From Felis catus (Eukaryota): a DNA stretch of 64,000 nt. The DNA lies in assembly GCF_018350175.1 (NCBI RefSeq), contig NC_058368.1, forward strand, positions 192,574,001 to 192,638,000, in the 5' to 3' direction. Shown in pieces: positions 48,440 through 60,638 of the stretch. The notes below the pieces were generated by a model. The model was not told the origin of the DNA and did no database searches. It worked only from the letters and a program-made list of their open reading frames with translations. The stretch's first letter is position 1; each line of letters starts with the position of its first letter. Both the position numbers and the translations under genes were made by a program.

Positions 48440-49760
48440 TCTTGTTTGCGCGCCACTGTGTGCTAGGCTCTAAGCTAAGCGCTTTTACGTGTCCTAACAG
48501 CTCCCACAGTTGCACGAGGGAACCGGTGGTCTGCGGTGCCTGCCCGGGTCTCCGCGCTCACTGCGAGGGAGGCGCGCAGACGCACGCGCGGGTCTCTGGG
48601 CGTTTCCTTGCTCTGGAGTTGGAGGCCCTCGCGTTGGGGCGCGCGCCAAAAAAGGAGACCCCAGGCAGCTCCGGGATCAGGCGTGTCTTAGGCGCCTCGT
48701 CCCGGCATCGGGGTGAATATGGGGCCCCATTAGATTTGGCTGTAAACACCGTGGCAGGAGCTGAATGGGCCACGCCAGCCCTTCCGGACGCGAAGGAGTT
48801 AATAAAAGGTGTTTTATGGGTGCGAGGAAACGGTGGGGGAGGTGTGAGCGTCTCTTTACGCTGACCCCCCTACTTTTTCCTTTTTTCCCTCTCGCCACCC
48901 GCCGCCAGATCAAACGGGCCCGCGACTTAACTAGGGCAACACCTCGCGGTAATGAGCCGCCCGGCCCACCCCTCCCCCCGGCCTCAGTCCCCGGCCCCGA
49001 GGCCCCAAGGCCCTCGGGAAGGAGCAAAGAAAAATCGAGGGTTTTTTTTTCTTTTTCTCTCCGAGGGCTGAGAAACCCCTTAGAAATTCTGGCACGCATG
49101 GGGGAAACAGACTCGGAGAGCAAGTGGATCGAGGTGCCTCCGTACGGAGGGGACCTTATCTGGATTCGAACCCAGGACTTCAGTTGAGTTCACAGCCGGT
49201 TCTCTGGCTTTACACAGAGCTCGGCTCCCTCGACTATTTTTAGCTCCGGGAGGTATCCTAGGCACGGTAGGAATGCGCACCCGGGTTCTGCTTTCTTGGA
49301 GCCCTGACCAGTAAGTGGAGAGGGTACCGAGGGGTACCGCCCGCAGCAGCCAGAGCCAAGCTTGGCATAACCATGCCCCCTCAGAAAACCCCATCGGGCC
49401 GGGCCTAAGCCGCATTTCAGAAGACAGAGCTGGAGCCTCAAATTCAGTCCCAGCCATGTGGCCCCATGGTCTCAGGGAGAGCTGAGGACGGGGGCTGCCC
49501 ATTGCGAGGGTGACGGGGATGCCCTCCCACTGTCCCCTGGAACGCCAGAGCCACACTTGCGGCCCTCCCTCGCGGGCTGCAAAAGCCCAGCCCTCAGAGA
49601 GGAGCGGGGTTGCTCCAGGTTTCACAAACCAGGGGTTCTCCAGACTCGGGCTCCCGGTCCTCTCTCCCCCTCGCCGACTCTCTAGCCTCTCACCTTTCTT
49701 CAGCGCTCCCTCCATGGAATGGCTCTAGAGCCTGGCGTTCGCTTTCTCATTCTCTCCCAG
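48440..49760. promoter_or_regulatory. Downstream (3') CpG island
   Basis: Dense CpG about 1 kb past the poly(A) site; contains T-box and CDX/HOX-like motifs. Confidence 0.75.
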
Positions 49761-50842
49761 GGTTCAGCGCGGTTTGTCAGAAACCTACCTCAATCCAGCT
49801 GAGGCAGAGGCGGTGTCATTAGTATTTTTGAATTAACATCACCCTCCCCCTTTTAATCTAGGGGGAACATGGAATGGTCACTAATTTAAAAGTAAATTCC
49901 AGGAATTGACTGTAAGGGAATACTCACTGATGTTACAAAGCTTTAACTGCAGGACTATTCTGCTAAAGAGTGAAAAATACAAAAGGCACCTGATGTGTTA
50001 TAATTACAGAAGTGGTTAATTAAATCCGTCAGTACAGTGGGTTGCAACACAGTCACTTGAAAAAGTGTAGCAACTGACATGGAGATTGTTCATGATATAT
50101 TAAGTGCAGGAAAAAAAAAAAAACCCTCCCAGGTTGCTAAAGGTTGTTTATTGAGACCTGCTTTATGTAAAAGTAGCTAATTAAATATCATTCGTGGAGA
50201 AAAAGTGGAAGAATATACATCAAAACATTTACACCTCTACCTCTGAGTTTTGGGAATAAGGATAATTTTGACTTTTCCTTCTGCTTAGGTATATTTTTCT
50301 ACATTTTTAAACAACAAATAAGTATTTTACAACAAAAAAATTGAGCTGCAATTTCCTTCTAATTTCTCCTGTGACCATTGTAATTTTCATACACTTTATG
50401 CAACGTACATTAATCGAGCACCCACCTTGTGCTAGGCACTGTGGGTATAAATATAATGAATGAGAAAGAATTCTAATAATCATCACCAATTAATATACAA
50501 TAGTAAATATTTATTGTGAAGTTTTATTATGCCTTCCACACAGTAAATATAATCTTTACTTACATTTATTGATTTATTTTTCTTACATTTAAAACTTATT
50601 AATGCATGAAGTAATCCACAACAACTGAAATTTGTAGGGGAAATTATTTAAGCCCTTAGTATGTACTATTTCCAAAGATTGTATGAGGTTAATACTGAGG
50701 CAGCAGAACACTGAAAGGTGAAGGGCTTTGTTCAAAGTCACACAGATGGTAAAAGGTGGATAGGCTTGGATCAAAGGGCATCTCTGGCTGCAGCAGAGAC
50801 GCAGAGACGGGGCTTTTCGCCACATCTTAGAGCACCTCCAGG

Positions 50843-50843
<1 letters not shown>

Positions 50844-50880
<37 letters not shown>
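50844..50880. repeat. (TG)n microsatellite
   Basis: About 18 perfect TG units. Confidence 0.97.
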
Positions 50881-50881
<1 letters not shown>

Positions 50882-52265
50882 CATAAAAATACAGCCTCCT
50901 CAGTTGAATCCTCCTTGGTCCCCAAAGTAAGGTGGAGAAAGAAAGAAGTGGGGTGGAGAAGGAATCAGGGTTCTAACCGCAGCCTTCACCAGTAGCTCTT
51001 TTCCTTCGCCCCGGCTCAGAGTGGATCCCATCTATAACATGAGGAAGGCGGCAGGCTCCTGGACCGCTAGGTCCTGTCCTGACTGGAACACCCTGATTCC
51101 AGGAATGTATTTTCTGCTGGTGAAAAACTCAGCATGTTATTCTTTGCACCAGCCTCGGATATTTGTATAGCACATTCATCTTTCCTTGGAACTTACACTT
51201 CTGTGAGCATACGCTTCTGCCCATAAACTAGAAGGGATCGGCGCAGGGATCGTGTTCCTCACTGCCAGGAGAGAGGAAAGCCCAGAGAGGTGAAATGACC
51301 AGCTCAGGGTCACACATCCAGTCAAAGGTTGAGCCAGGATTAGAAGGCCATCTGCAGACTTCAGGCCCGGGGCGCCCTTGGAAAAGGCTCTGGATCCATT
51401 CTTTCCATGCAACCAACAGTTAAGCTTTTGGTCTTGCAAAATCCCCATAAAAGAAACGAAACTAAGAAATCAGCCAGTCTCATTTTTAAATGAAAAGTGA
51501 CTGGGAAGAAAAAATATGCAGGGTCTAAAGTGTCTGAAACCAGTCTCCTGATTTAAACCTAATTTGTTTGAAAAAAAAAAATTTTTTTTTCAGCCGAGAG
51601 AGTTTTTACAGCTGAGCTCTCCCAAACCCATAAAAAACAAGGTTTATATGGGAAATGGTGAAAGACTCTTAACTATAATACACAGCGTCTAATGTAAGCA
51701 GACATAGACACTATATAAAGCTCCTACAAATGTTATTAAAACAAACAGAAATGCACATTTATCCCCACAGAATGGACAATGGAAGTCATCGGACTTTCGA
51801 AGAGTTCCAGAAGTCCTGTTTTCACTGAAGTGTTCAAACCGCCCTGTAACACTGGGACCTCAAAGATCCTCACCCACCATCCAAACACTTCCCTCATTTT
51901 ACAGGAAGGGGAAACTGAGGCCCACAGAACAGAGGGACTTGCCCAAGGTCATGGAGGCGAGTTGTAGTCTTTTTGCCCTTTGTTTACTTTCGGCTTCTAG
52001 TGCAGGATATAGAACAACACAATGACCAAGAGACTCCATAAAAGTGACTGGATATTTCCCAGCTTTGGTTTCCTCACCTACGAAGTGGGAGAGATCATTG
52101 CCCCAACTTCCTGGGGTGTGTGAGGACTGAATGAGATAAGACATACAAAGGACCACATTGTCTTCGGTAGATCTTTCTATTATTTTATTTCATCCTCACA
52201 ATAGCCTGTGAGGCATTGAGGATTTTATTTCAGTTTGTTTTCTTATTTTAGACAGGTAGGATGTA

Positions 52266-52989
52266 CAGGTATCCCCCTCTTTTCGGAAGTTTGTGTTCTG
52301 CCACTTTGCTTTATGAAAGACCTATGTTAGTACCTGTTTTCTACTAACCAAAAGATTAGAAGAAAATTTTTGCTTTTAAAAAAATGTTTTTTTAATGCTT
52401 GTTTATTTTTGAGAGATAGCTTGACAGAGTGTGAGCTGGGGAGGGGCAGAGAGGGAGACACAGAATCTGAAGCAGACTTCAGGCCCTGAGCTGTCAGCAC
52501 AGAGCCCGACTCAGGCTCAAACTCAAGAACCTGTGAGATCATGACCTGAGCCGAAGTCAGATGCTTAACGAACTGAGCCACCAGGTGCCCTGAGAATTTT
52601 TGCTTTTATGAAAAAAAAGCAAAAAGTGAAAATTGCATTCAGTGATTGTTCTGCAGTGAGGCGTGATAGAGGCAGCGTGCACCCCCAGCAGCCAGAGTGG
52701 CCCCACCAAGCTCCTTCCCCGGGAATTACACTCAGCATCTCAGCATTAAGCTGCCAGAGCTTTGGACTGTGTCTGTGAGCATCTGCGCTCTATATCTATT
52801 AATTTTGAGCACCCATTAGCAAGGTGTGTCCTAAGGTATCACAAAAGCTTAGGAAGTTATTTCTGGGGTCTGGGAATGCTCACATTTTTTCCCACATAGA
52901 TTAATAGGAATTGCTTCTTTGCCTTGTGCCATTTTGGCTTACAAAAGGTGTCATAGGAATGCTCTGCTTTCGGAGAGCAGGGAAACCTG
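52266..52989. mobile_element. Non-autonomous TcMar-Tigger element (carnivore-type) with nested Can-SINE
   Basis: Preceded by TA; imperfect TIRs CAGGTATCCCCCTCTTTTCGGAAGT and (reverse complement of right end) CAGGTTTCCCCTGCTCTCCGAAAGC. Confidence 0.75.
52375..52590 (-). mobile_element. Can-SINE nested in Tigger
   Basis: Typical body; TSD AATTTTTGCTTTTA. Confidence 0.93.
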
Positions 52990-53225
52990 CATTTCCAACT
53001 GGCACAAAGTTGCAATGACTTGCCCAAGGCCACCCAGCCAGTGAGTGGATTCCTGGTTCAAAGCCCTTGTATTCCACATCATTAAGGTAAAGCAGGGCAG
53101 GTAGGCTGCAACAGCTGAATTCCTGAAACGAAGGCAATGCTGTATGGTAGAAATACAATGTGAGCCACAAATGTGAGCCATGTATGTAATTATAATTTTT
53201 CTAGGAGTCACATTGAAAAGGTAAA

Positions 53226-53430
53226 GGCACTGCGCCTGGGTGGCTCAGTTGGTTGAACATCCAACTTTGGCCTGAGTCATAATCTCGTGGTTCGTGAGTC
53301 TGAGCCCCATACCAGGCTGGGTGCTATCAGCACAGAGCCTGCCTGGGATCCTCTGTCTCCCGCTCTCTGCCCCTCCCCCGCTTGCACAAGCTCTGGCTCT
53401 CAAAAATGATATTAACAACAACAACAAAAA
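53226..53430 (+). mobile_element. Can-SINE
   Basis: GCGCCTGGGTGGCTCAGTTGGTT head, (CT)-rich segment, CAA-rich tail. Confidence 0.88.
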
Positions 53431-53439
53431 GATAGGAGA

Positions 53440-53660
53440 GGGGCCCCTGGATGGTTTAGTTGGCTAAGCGTCTGACTGAAGCTCAGGTCATGATCTCACA
53501 GTTTGTGAGTTTGAGCCCCGCATCGGGCTCTGTGCTGACAGCTCAGACTCTGGAGCCTGCTTCGGATTCTGTGTCTCCTTCTCTCTCTCTGCCCCTTTCC
53601 TGCTCACGCTCTATCTCTCTCTCTCAAGAATAAATAAACATTAAAAATTTTTTTTTAAAG
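53440..53660 (+). mobile_element. Can-SINE (tandem with the previous one)
   Basis: GCTCAGGTCATGATCTCACAG body, AATAAATAAACATTAAAAA tail. Confidence 0.92.
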
Positions 53661-55100
53661 TAAAAGAAACAGGTGAAATGGAACATTATATTTTTATACA
53701 TTATTTAATTCAATATGTCTAAGATACAATTTCAACATGTAGTCACTCTAAAAATTATTAATGAGATAGTTTACATTCTTTTTTTTTTCATATTCAGGGG
53801 TGTATTGTATATTTAGAGCACATCTCAGTTTGGACCACATTCTGAGCATTCAATAACCACACTCGCCTAATGGCTGCTGTATTGGACAATGTAGGTCTTA
53901 AGGCTCATGTAGCAGGAACATTAAACACAGAGCTTTAGTGAATCATATCGATAAACAGCCACCATTTACTGAGCACTTCCTGTGTTCCAGGCAGTGGTAT
54001 GCAACGTCTATAGGCTCATTTACTCTTCCTAACTGGAATGGAGGGTAGGTAACTCATGCACAGTCATAACTGAGTGCCAGGGCTGGCATGCAGACCCAGG
54101 TTCGTCTGTCTCCCAAGCCTGCAATTTCAGCTGCTGAGCTCCATGAGTTCAGGAGACATCAGCAGAGCTGTAGTTGGGCAGTGAGGTGTGGAATGTCTTT
54201 TGGTGTATTCCACACAGCGGGTAAAGCCCTGCTTTCCAGCTCTAAGCCTACCATGAGTCAGGTGACCTTGGGCCACTCATCTTGGGCCCCAGTTTTCTAA
54301 TCTTTACCATGGGCTAATGATGCCTTTTCTCAATCCACAGAACTCTTGTCAGGCTAAAATGGGAAAAGGTCTTTCAAAGTGTTTTGAAACAGAGAATATA
54401 GCACAGGAGACAGGGCCAAGGTGAACAGAGAGGTCTGGACTGACCCCCAGGCCTGTGCTCACAACCAGATGAGCTGGTGGGATATGCTGTGTGGCACTGG
54501 ACAGATTTCCTAACCTCTCTGAGACCCAGAGCCCTCTTCTGTGAAAGGGAAAGCAGGACGGCTCACAGAGATGTGATGATTCAGTAATGACTGGATGATG
54601 AGTGGAAAACGCTCAGCCTGGCCCAGAGTGGGCAGTGGTAAGCATGAACTAGTGTTAGTGCCTCTGTTGTACTTGGGGTTGGGCTGCCTGATTCGGAAGC
54701 GACAGGGAATGGAGGGAAGAGGAAAAGGAGCCTGGCTTTCCCCAGGCCCTGGAGTTACAGCTCTTGCCTCAGGGTGGTATTCTGGCAGTTCAGTGGTGGG
54801 GTGTGGGAGGTGTTCATGGGAGTGTGACAACGCTTAATGTGGTAGAAAAGCACCAGAGCCAGTGGTCAAAAGAAGGGGTTTTAGCCTGTTGTGCGACCTT
54901 GTGCATTTCCTTGCCCGCACTGGACCTTGGTGTCCTCTGTAAAACGAGCGAGTCAGACCAGAGATCTAAGTCCCTTTCTGCCTTGATTGTTTAGATTTTT
55001 ACAATGGTTTGACCCAAAGACTCACCAAACACAGTACCTGTGAGGGGACAGAAAATACCCCTGAGCCTTCCCCTGGGGCCTCGGGCTGCTACTGGGGGGC

Positions 55101-55119
55101 GGGCGCCACCTGGTGGCCG
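55101..55119 (-). promoter_or_regulatory. CTCF binding motif
   Basis: Minus strand reads CGGCCACCAGGTGGCGCCC, a near-consensus CTCF core (CCACCAGGTGGCG) in unique sequence. Confidence 0.7.
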
Positions 55120-55599
55120 TACTCCTTCCTCTGTGTTCAGCATACAGACACCAGTAAATACTCCAGACTCCCTTAGGCAGTGGCTCCAGAGTCCCAGGCA
55201 CACTTTTTTCTAACTTCCTTTGGCAGACCAGGGGAGCAGAAAGGGGACCCAGACAGTTCACAGAGCTAGGAGTCCTGGGAATGAGGCTAACTCCCCAGGG
55301 ACCTTGGAGGCCTTCTTCCCTAAAGGCACGCTGGAGCAAGGGTCTGTGTTTCCCTACTGTATAAAGTCTAAAATGCATCACGCACTTTGTTCTGTTTCTT
55401 TGGAGAGGAACCACCGAACCTAACACTCTTCTCTTGGTAACTCAAACCCTTCTGTCACTACTGCACGGGGCTAATGCGGAGGGCTTTTCCCCTACACTGA
55501 ACGCCCCAGACTTCTGGGATCTCAAGTTCTAACAGCTGTTACTGCCCCCCCCATCTCCCCCACACTGTTGATATTCGACTTCTCTCTGCAGTAGAGGTT

Positions 55600-55815
55600 G
55601 CACCAAGGAGTCAGACTGACACAGGTTCAAATTCCAGCTCACCCTAAGACCCCAGGTAAGCCATCTAACTTCTCTGAGCTTCAGTTTCCCTATCAGAAAA
55701 TCAAGGATAATAATCGCTTCTTTGCAGATCTGTATGAGGATCATGATCTACATATAAATACTCCAGCACGGTGTCTAGCACTGAGTAGGTGTTTAACAAA
55801 TAATAGCTATTGTTT
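55600..55815. mobile_element. MIR
   Basis: GGAGTCAGAC..GGTTCAAATTCCAGCTC..TAACTTCTCTGAGCTTCAGTTTCC. Confidence 0.75.
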
Positions 55816-55965
55816 CTGTGGGTATGTCCTGACCACTTTTCCATATACAGCTTTGGAAATATTCCTTGCTAGAAACAAGAATAGTATGCATTTGAAAATG
55901 ATACTAGCAACCAGAAATCAATACCTTTACCGTTGATGGTGGTGGAGCCTCTTTGGAACTGTTTC

Positions 55966-56045
55966 TTTTTTTTTTTTAATTAAAAAAATGTTTTTAATGT
56001 TTCTTTACTTTTGAGAGAGAGGGACAGAGCACAAGTGGGGGAAGC

Positions 56046-56093
<48 letters not shown>

Positions 56094-56226
56094 GACACAG
56101 AATCTGAAGCAGAGTCCAGGCTCCGAGCTGTCAGCACAGAGCCCAACATGGGCTGGAACTCAAGAGCCAGAGATCACGACCTGAGCCAACGTGGTCGCTT
56201 AACCAGCTGAGCCACCCAGGTGCCCC
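55966..56226 (-). mobile_element. Can-SINE with expanded (GA)n
   Basis: Typical body; about 20 AG units at 56049-56090. Confidence 0.93.
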
Positions 56227-57176
56227 ATAGCCTTTCAATTGGCTTTAGTGAAGCTCAAATTCTTCTAGTTGAGATGAACCCCAGTAGACAGGCTGGGGAT
56301 GTGTCGGTAGTTGCTTTCCTCAGTCCTCATCCTTTGGGCTCCCCTAAGCTTCATTAGTAATGGTTTCACTTTCAGGCAGTTTCTTGCTGACACGGCAAAG
56401 TCCAACCCCTGTCCAGCTGACTGCATTGCTCCCCCTGAAGCCTGGTCCGCCCCTGCATACCGCATCCCCGAAGCAGGATCCTCAGAGGGGTCTGGTTGGG
56501 CACAGGTGTCCTCCTGCTGCTCCCTTCGAACAGTCCCATCTTCCCAGTCGTCGTGAACCCTCAGGAAGTCTCATTAGCCGTCTTAGCTTAATTAAGCTCA
56601 TTACATTTGCTAAGCCTCACCGGCTTCTCTACGAGGGCACGAGCCCAGTGTGCACAGCTCCTTTGTCAGAAGAAGGGCCGGTGCCAGGCTCCGAAGCTCT
56701 CCTGCAGATCCTAGGATTTCAGCACTGGAAGGATTACTTTCCATCCCTGTCTGAGAATGAACTCCTCTGAAATTCTCAGCTCCCAGGGGACGGAGTCCCT
56801 TTCCAGATTCCCTCAGACACCGGGCACACAGCAGACACTCAAACATTTTCTTGGCCATATTTCACTGCTTGGTTTGGTTTTTGGTAATAGCAGGTTTGGT
56901 GACTCCAAAGTCCATGCTCCTCACTCTGGTATCTGGGGCTTTAGGCTCCCAGCTGGGCTGCCCCTCATCCTTGCCTCCCGTGAAACCTTGCATTTTCTAC
57001 AAGGGCCTGCTTAGGAGCCTTTTCTTCTAGGAAGTTCCCTTGATTTTCAAAGCCTTTTCCTTCCAATTTCCCCTTCCTCTGAATCATATAGATACAGTTA
57101 TAGTATGGGTATACGTGGAGCTGGTAAATAGGTGTTTTGATATGCCTACTGATATGGCCACAGTCACAGATACAGG

Positions 57177-57335
57177 GGTGTGTGTGTGTTTGTGTGTATG
57201 TGTGTGTGTACAGAAACATGTATTTGTGTGTATACACATATAGCATGTATACATACAACATGTACATCTGCATAGCCACATATGTATATCACTCATATTC
57301 ATATGTATACATATATATCTACATAGTATACATAT
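57177..57335. repeat. (TG)/(TA)/(CA) low-complexity tract
   Basis: Alternating purine-pyrimidine degenerate dinucleotide repeat. Confidence 0.8.
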
Positions 57336-57346
57336 CTAGTATTTCT

Positions 57347-57486
57347 TTTTTTTTTTTTTTTTTAAAGTAGGCTCTGCGTCCAGCATGGAGCCCAGTGTGG
57401 GCTTGAACTCACAACCCTGAGATCAAGACCCAAGTTGAGATCAAGAGTCAGACGCTTAACTGATGACTGAGCCACTGAGGCACCCC
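57347..57486 (-). mobile_element. Short Can-SINE (no CT segment)
   Basis: Poly-T, GTAGGCTCTGCGTCCAGCATGGAGCCC..GATCAAGAGTCAGACGCTTAAC..GGCACCCC. Confidence 0.88.
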
Positions 57487-57503
57487 ACCTGTCTAGTATT
57501 TCT

Positions 57504-57725
57504 TTCTTTTTTAATTTTTTTTAACGTTTATTTATTTTTGAGACAGGGAGAGACAGAGCATGAACAGGGGAGGGTCAGAGAGAGAGGGAGACACAGAATC
57601 TGAAACAGGCTCCAGGCTCTGAGCTGTCAGCACAGAGCCCGACGTGGGGCTAGAACTCACAGACCGCGAGATCATGACCTGAGCTGAAGTCGGCCGCCCA
57701 ACCGACTGAGCCACCCAGGTGCCCC
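57504..57725 (-). mobile_element. Felid Can-SINE (SINEC_Fc)
   Basis: Typical body; TSD TGTCTAGTATTTCT. Confidence 0.95.
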
Positions 57726-59481
57726 TGTCTAGTATTTCTAACCTGATATGAAAGCCCTTCCATGTCATTAGATGTTATTTTTCAGTGTTGACATATTTAT
57801 TATACTTTTAGAACCAGTTCCCTTTTATATGACTTCTTCACTGCTCTGAACAATGCTCCCATGAGACAATAGCTTGTCCAACGAGCAAGCATCTTGGCAC
57901 ACCGCACTTTGGGGTCAGACAGACCTGTGTTTGACTCTTGTCCCCACCACTTTCTGGTGGCCTTGGACAAGTGATTTCACCTTTCTAAACTAGGAAATAG
58001 AATAATAGTTATCATCTAGGTGTGCAAAAGTGGCATCTAGGGTCATGAGACTAGTCTTTTGCACCTACGTGGCAATGTGCTGGGATGTAAAGTGCTTAAC
58101 ATTAGGCCTGTCACATAGTAGGTGCTCAGTGAAAACACTGCACCAATCGGGGAGGCAGAAGAGAGGATTTACTTTGGCTTTCCCACTGACCAGTATGACC
58201 TCGTATAGCATGATTTCATAGGGTATGACAAACCCCACAGAGACGATGGGTGATGGCCCTTTACCAGTTAAGTGCTGCCCAAATTTAAGACTGTATTATT
58301 GTGGTTGTTTTTACTTTTCTATTTTCTACAGCTTTGAGGAATATATAACCTAAAAACTATGCATGTGGAGAAAAGGTACTTTGAGGGAACTTAAAACATT
58401 GCTTTAATTTTATAGATTTGGTGAAAATGATTCACCATTATAAATGATTTAGATGACACCAAGAAGGCACAAAGAGGAAAGGAAAACTCCAAATCCCACC
58501 AACCAGGACTAACCAAGGCTGGCATGGTGCTTGTGGCCTTCTTTTACCTGCTACCCCTGTGGTGCCCAGGGCAGGACAGGACAGGCTTCAGCTGTTCGGT
58601 AAATGTCTCTTGACCTCAACCAGACTGAGTCATTCACAGCGGCATGCTCTGGCTCTGTCCCTCTCGGCCAACCTCTGACAGTTTCATTAACCCCATTAAA
58701 TCACGCAGGTGCCTTTACACCTCCTGGGCTTGTTAATCTCCGCTCAGCTCTGGGAAGTTAAAACCTGGCTGGAAAGTTGGATGTACCTTGTTAACCTCCA
58801 TTAAACCCTATTAAATTTCCTAACTAGAGTCTTAGTGGCTTCTAGGAATCCCTCATTAAAGTTTAGTAAATTCAGTTGATTTGGACAAGGGTAACTGCGG
58901 CTCTATTCCTTCCAAGTGTGGCATTCCTGATTTCCTGGACGGTGAGGCTGACATGTCCCTCGGACCAGATGACCCTTGGACCCAATCCCAGGAGTGCCTC
59001 TAGCTTTTTAACTTGGGAAAGCTCCTCCTCTCCAAGCCTGCATTTACACCTCTATAAATTGGAGTTAACAACAGTTCCTATTTTACGTAATTGTAGTGAG
59101 ATGAAATGAATCAATGCAGGAAAAACTAGCGGCGTGTTGTCTGGAATGCACTTGATAGCTATTGTTGTTTCTAGATGTTAATGATCCCTATAAACTAAAA
59201 ACTGTTAAGCAAATGGAAGATTCAATTCTGGACATTTATAATGTTGTCCAATATGCCAGGCAGAGTGCTAGGAACGGTGGATTATTTTCATTCTGGTTTT
59301 ATCCAGACTGAAGAGTATCCATTCCAGTGATGCATTTTAACAGTGTCTCTGTGGCTGTGCATGTCACTCTATTTGCTCAGGCTCTGCCACCTCTGAGCTG
59401 TTCCAGGTGGAACACAGTTACTTTCTTGTCCTGAGTCTTGGGTGTGTGTGTGTGTGTGTGTTTGGGGGCGAGGGTTCAGTT

Positions 59482-59645
59482 CAGTGGTTCCTAAACCTGG
59501 ATGTGCATACAAATGCTCTAGGAGATTTTATAAAAATGGTTTCCTGGACCCCACTTGAGGGGATTTTCATTTAGTAGGATCTCACTGGAAACTTTTAACA
59601 AGTATTCTCAGTGAGGCTGAAGCTGCTGGATTGTAACCTCTGGAC
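59482..59645. mobile_element. MER5-like hAT fragment
   Basis: CAGTGGTTCCTAAACCTGG...TTTTAACAAG..CAGTGA pattern; degenerate. Confidence 0.5.
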
Positions 59646-60445
59646 CAGATTCTTTATTGAGTTTAAGTCTTGCTCGGGGAAATTAAAAAATTCACATTCT
59701 TGGAATTCAGCCCCTGAGCTTTTTGTTCGGACAATCTGGGATGGAGGCCCATGGAATTGGCATTGTATACGGCATTCTTAGGGGACTCTTAGCGGTGGGA
59801 GGTGGCAAGAGCCACACTTGCAAAAACGTTGGACTTCAGACGATCTGATGTTCAATATTCTAAGAGTCTATTTTGAATAAAGGGTGTCTGGTTCCTAGTG
59901 AAACTTCTGCACGTTAAGACGTGGGTTCATCCTTCCAACATGACTCATGTCTATGGATCCTCACAGGAGGTGGACTCCAGCAGAGGTCAGTTTAGGGGAA
60001 GCTTGGGAACAAAGCGCATCTTTGAGGTTCAGTGGGTGCGGGGTTAGAGGACATCAGGCAGCCCGATGCTTCTCTGTGAAAGAATGGGAGGGCAGCAGGC
60101 AAAGGAACGGAGAGAACTATTTATGTTACACTCACATGGAGAGAACATGGTATGCAAATTAGGACTTCCTTTGCTGTCTGAAGGAAACCAGCTCAGGACT
60201 CACCTAAATAATGGCAGCCTTCGGCAGCAATCCATCACTAATGCTGTGGGCTCCCACGGACAGCTAAGACTCCCCACCCGCAATGCCCCCAAAATGCCCC
60301 CTGAAAAGACCCTCCACACAAGGAAGTGGAATGGGAGTGGGGTGGAGAGGAGGGCAACCGCACTGTCAATTTCGATGCCGTTTAAAGTTTCAGAGTTATT
60401 TATTACTTCTGGTTAACTAGTAAGATGAAGACAAACATTCACTGT

Positions 60446-60638
60446 GGGCACCTGTGTGGCTCAGTGGGTTAAGCACCCGACTCTTGATTTCTACTCAGGT
60501 CATGATCTCATGGTTCATGAGCTCGAGCCCCACGTGGGGCTCGCACTGACGGCACAGACCCTGCTTGGGATTCTCTCTGCCCCTCCCCTGCATGCATGCG
60601 CTCTCTCTCAAAAAACAAAAAAACTAAACTTAAAAAAT
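60446..60638 (+). mobile_element. Can-SINE
   Basis: GGGCACCTGTGTGGCTCAG head, CAGGTCATGATCTCATGG, A-rich tail. Confidence 0.9.

Larger units (their letters stand above)
53134..53894. mobile_element. MER33-like hAT-Charlie element split by two Can-SINEs
   Basis: TAGAAATACAATGTGAGCCACA...AGAAACAGGTGAAAT...ATTATTAATGAGATA...AGCACATCTCAGTTTGGAC...GTATTGGACA. Confidence 0.8.

Noticed and set aside
49080..49715. 211-aa minus-strand ORF
   Set aside because: Stop-poor GC-rich CpG island; no recognisable homology or splice structure.
56585..56598. 14-bp palindrome AGCTTAATTAAGCT
   Set aside because: Several palindromes of this length are expected by chance in 64 kb, and there is little supporting context.
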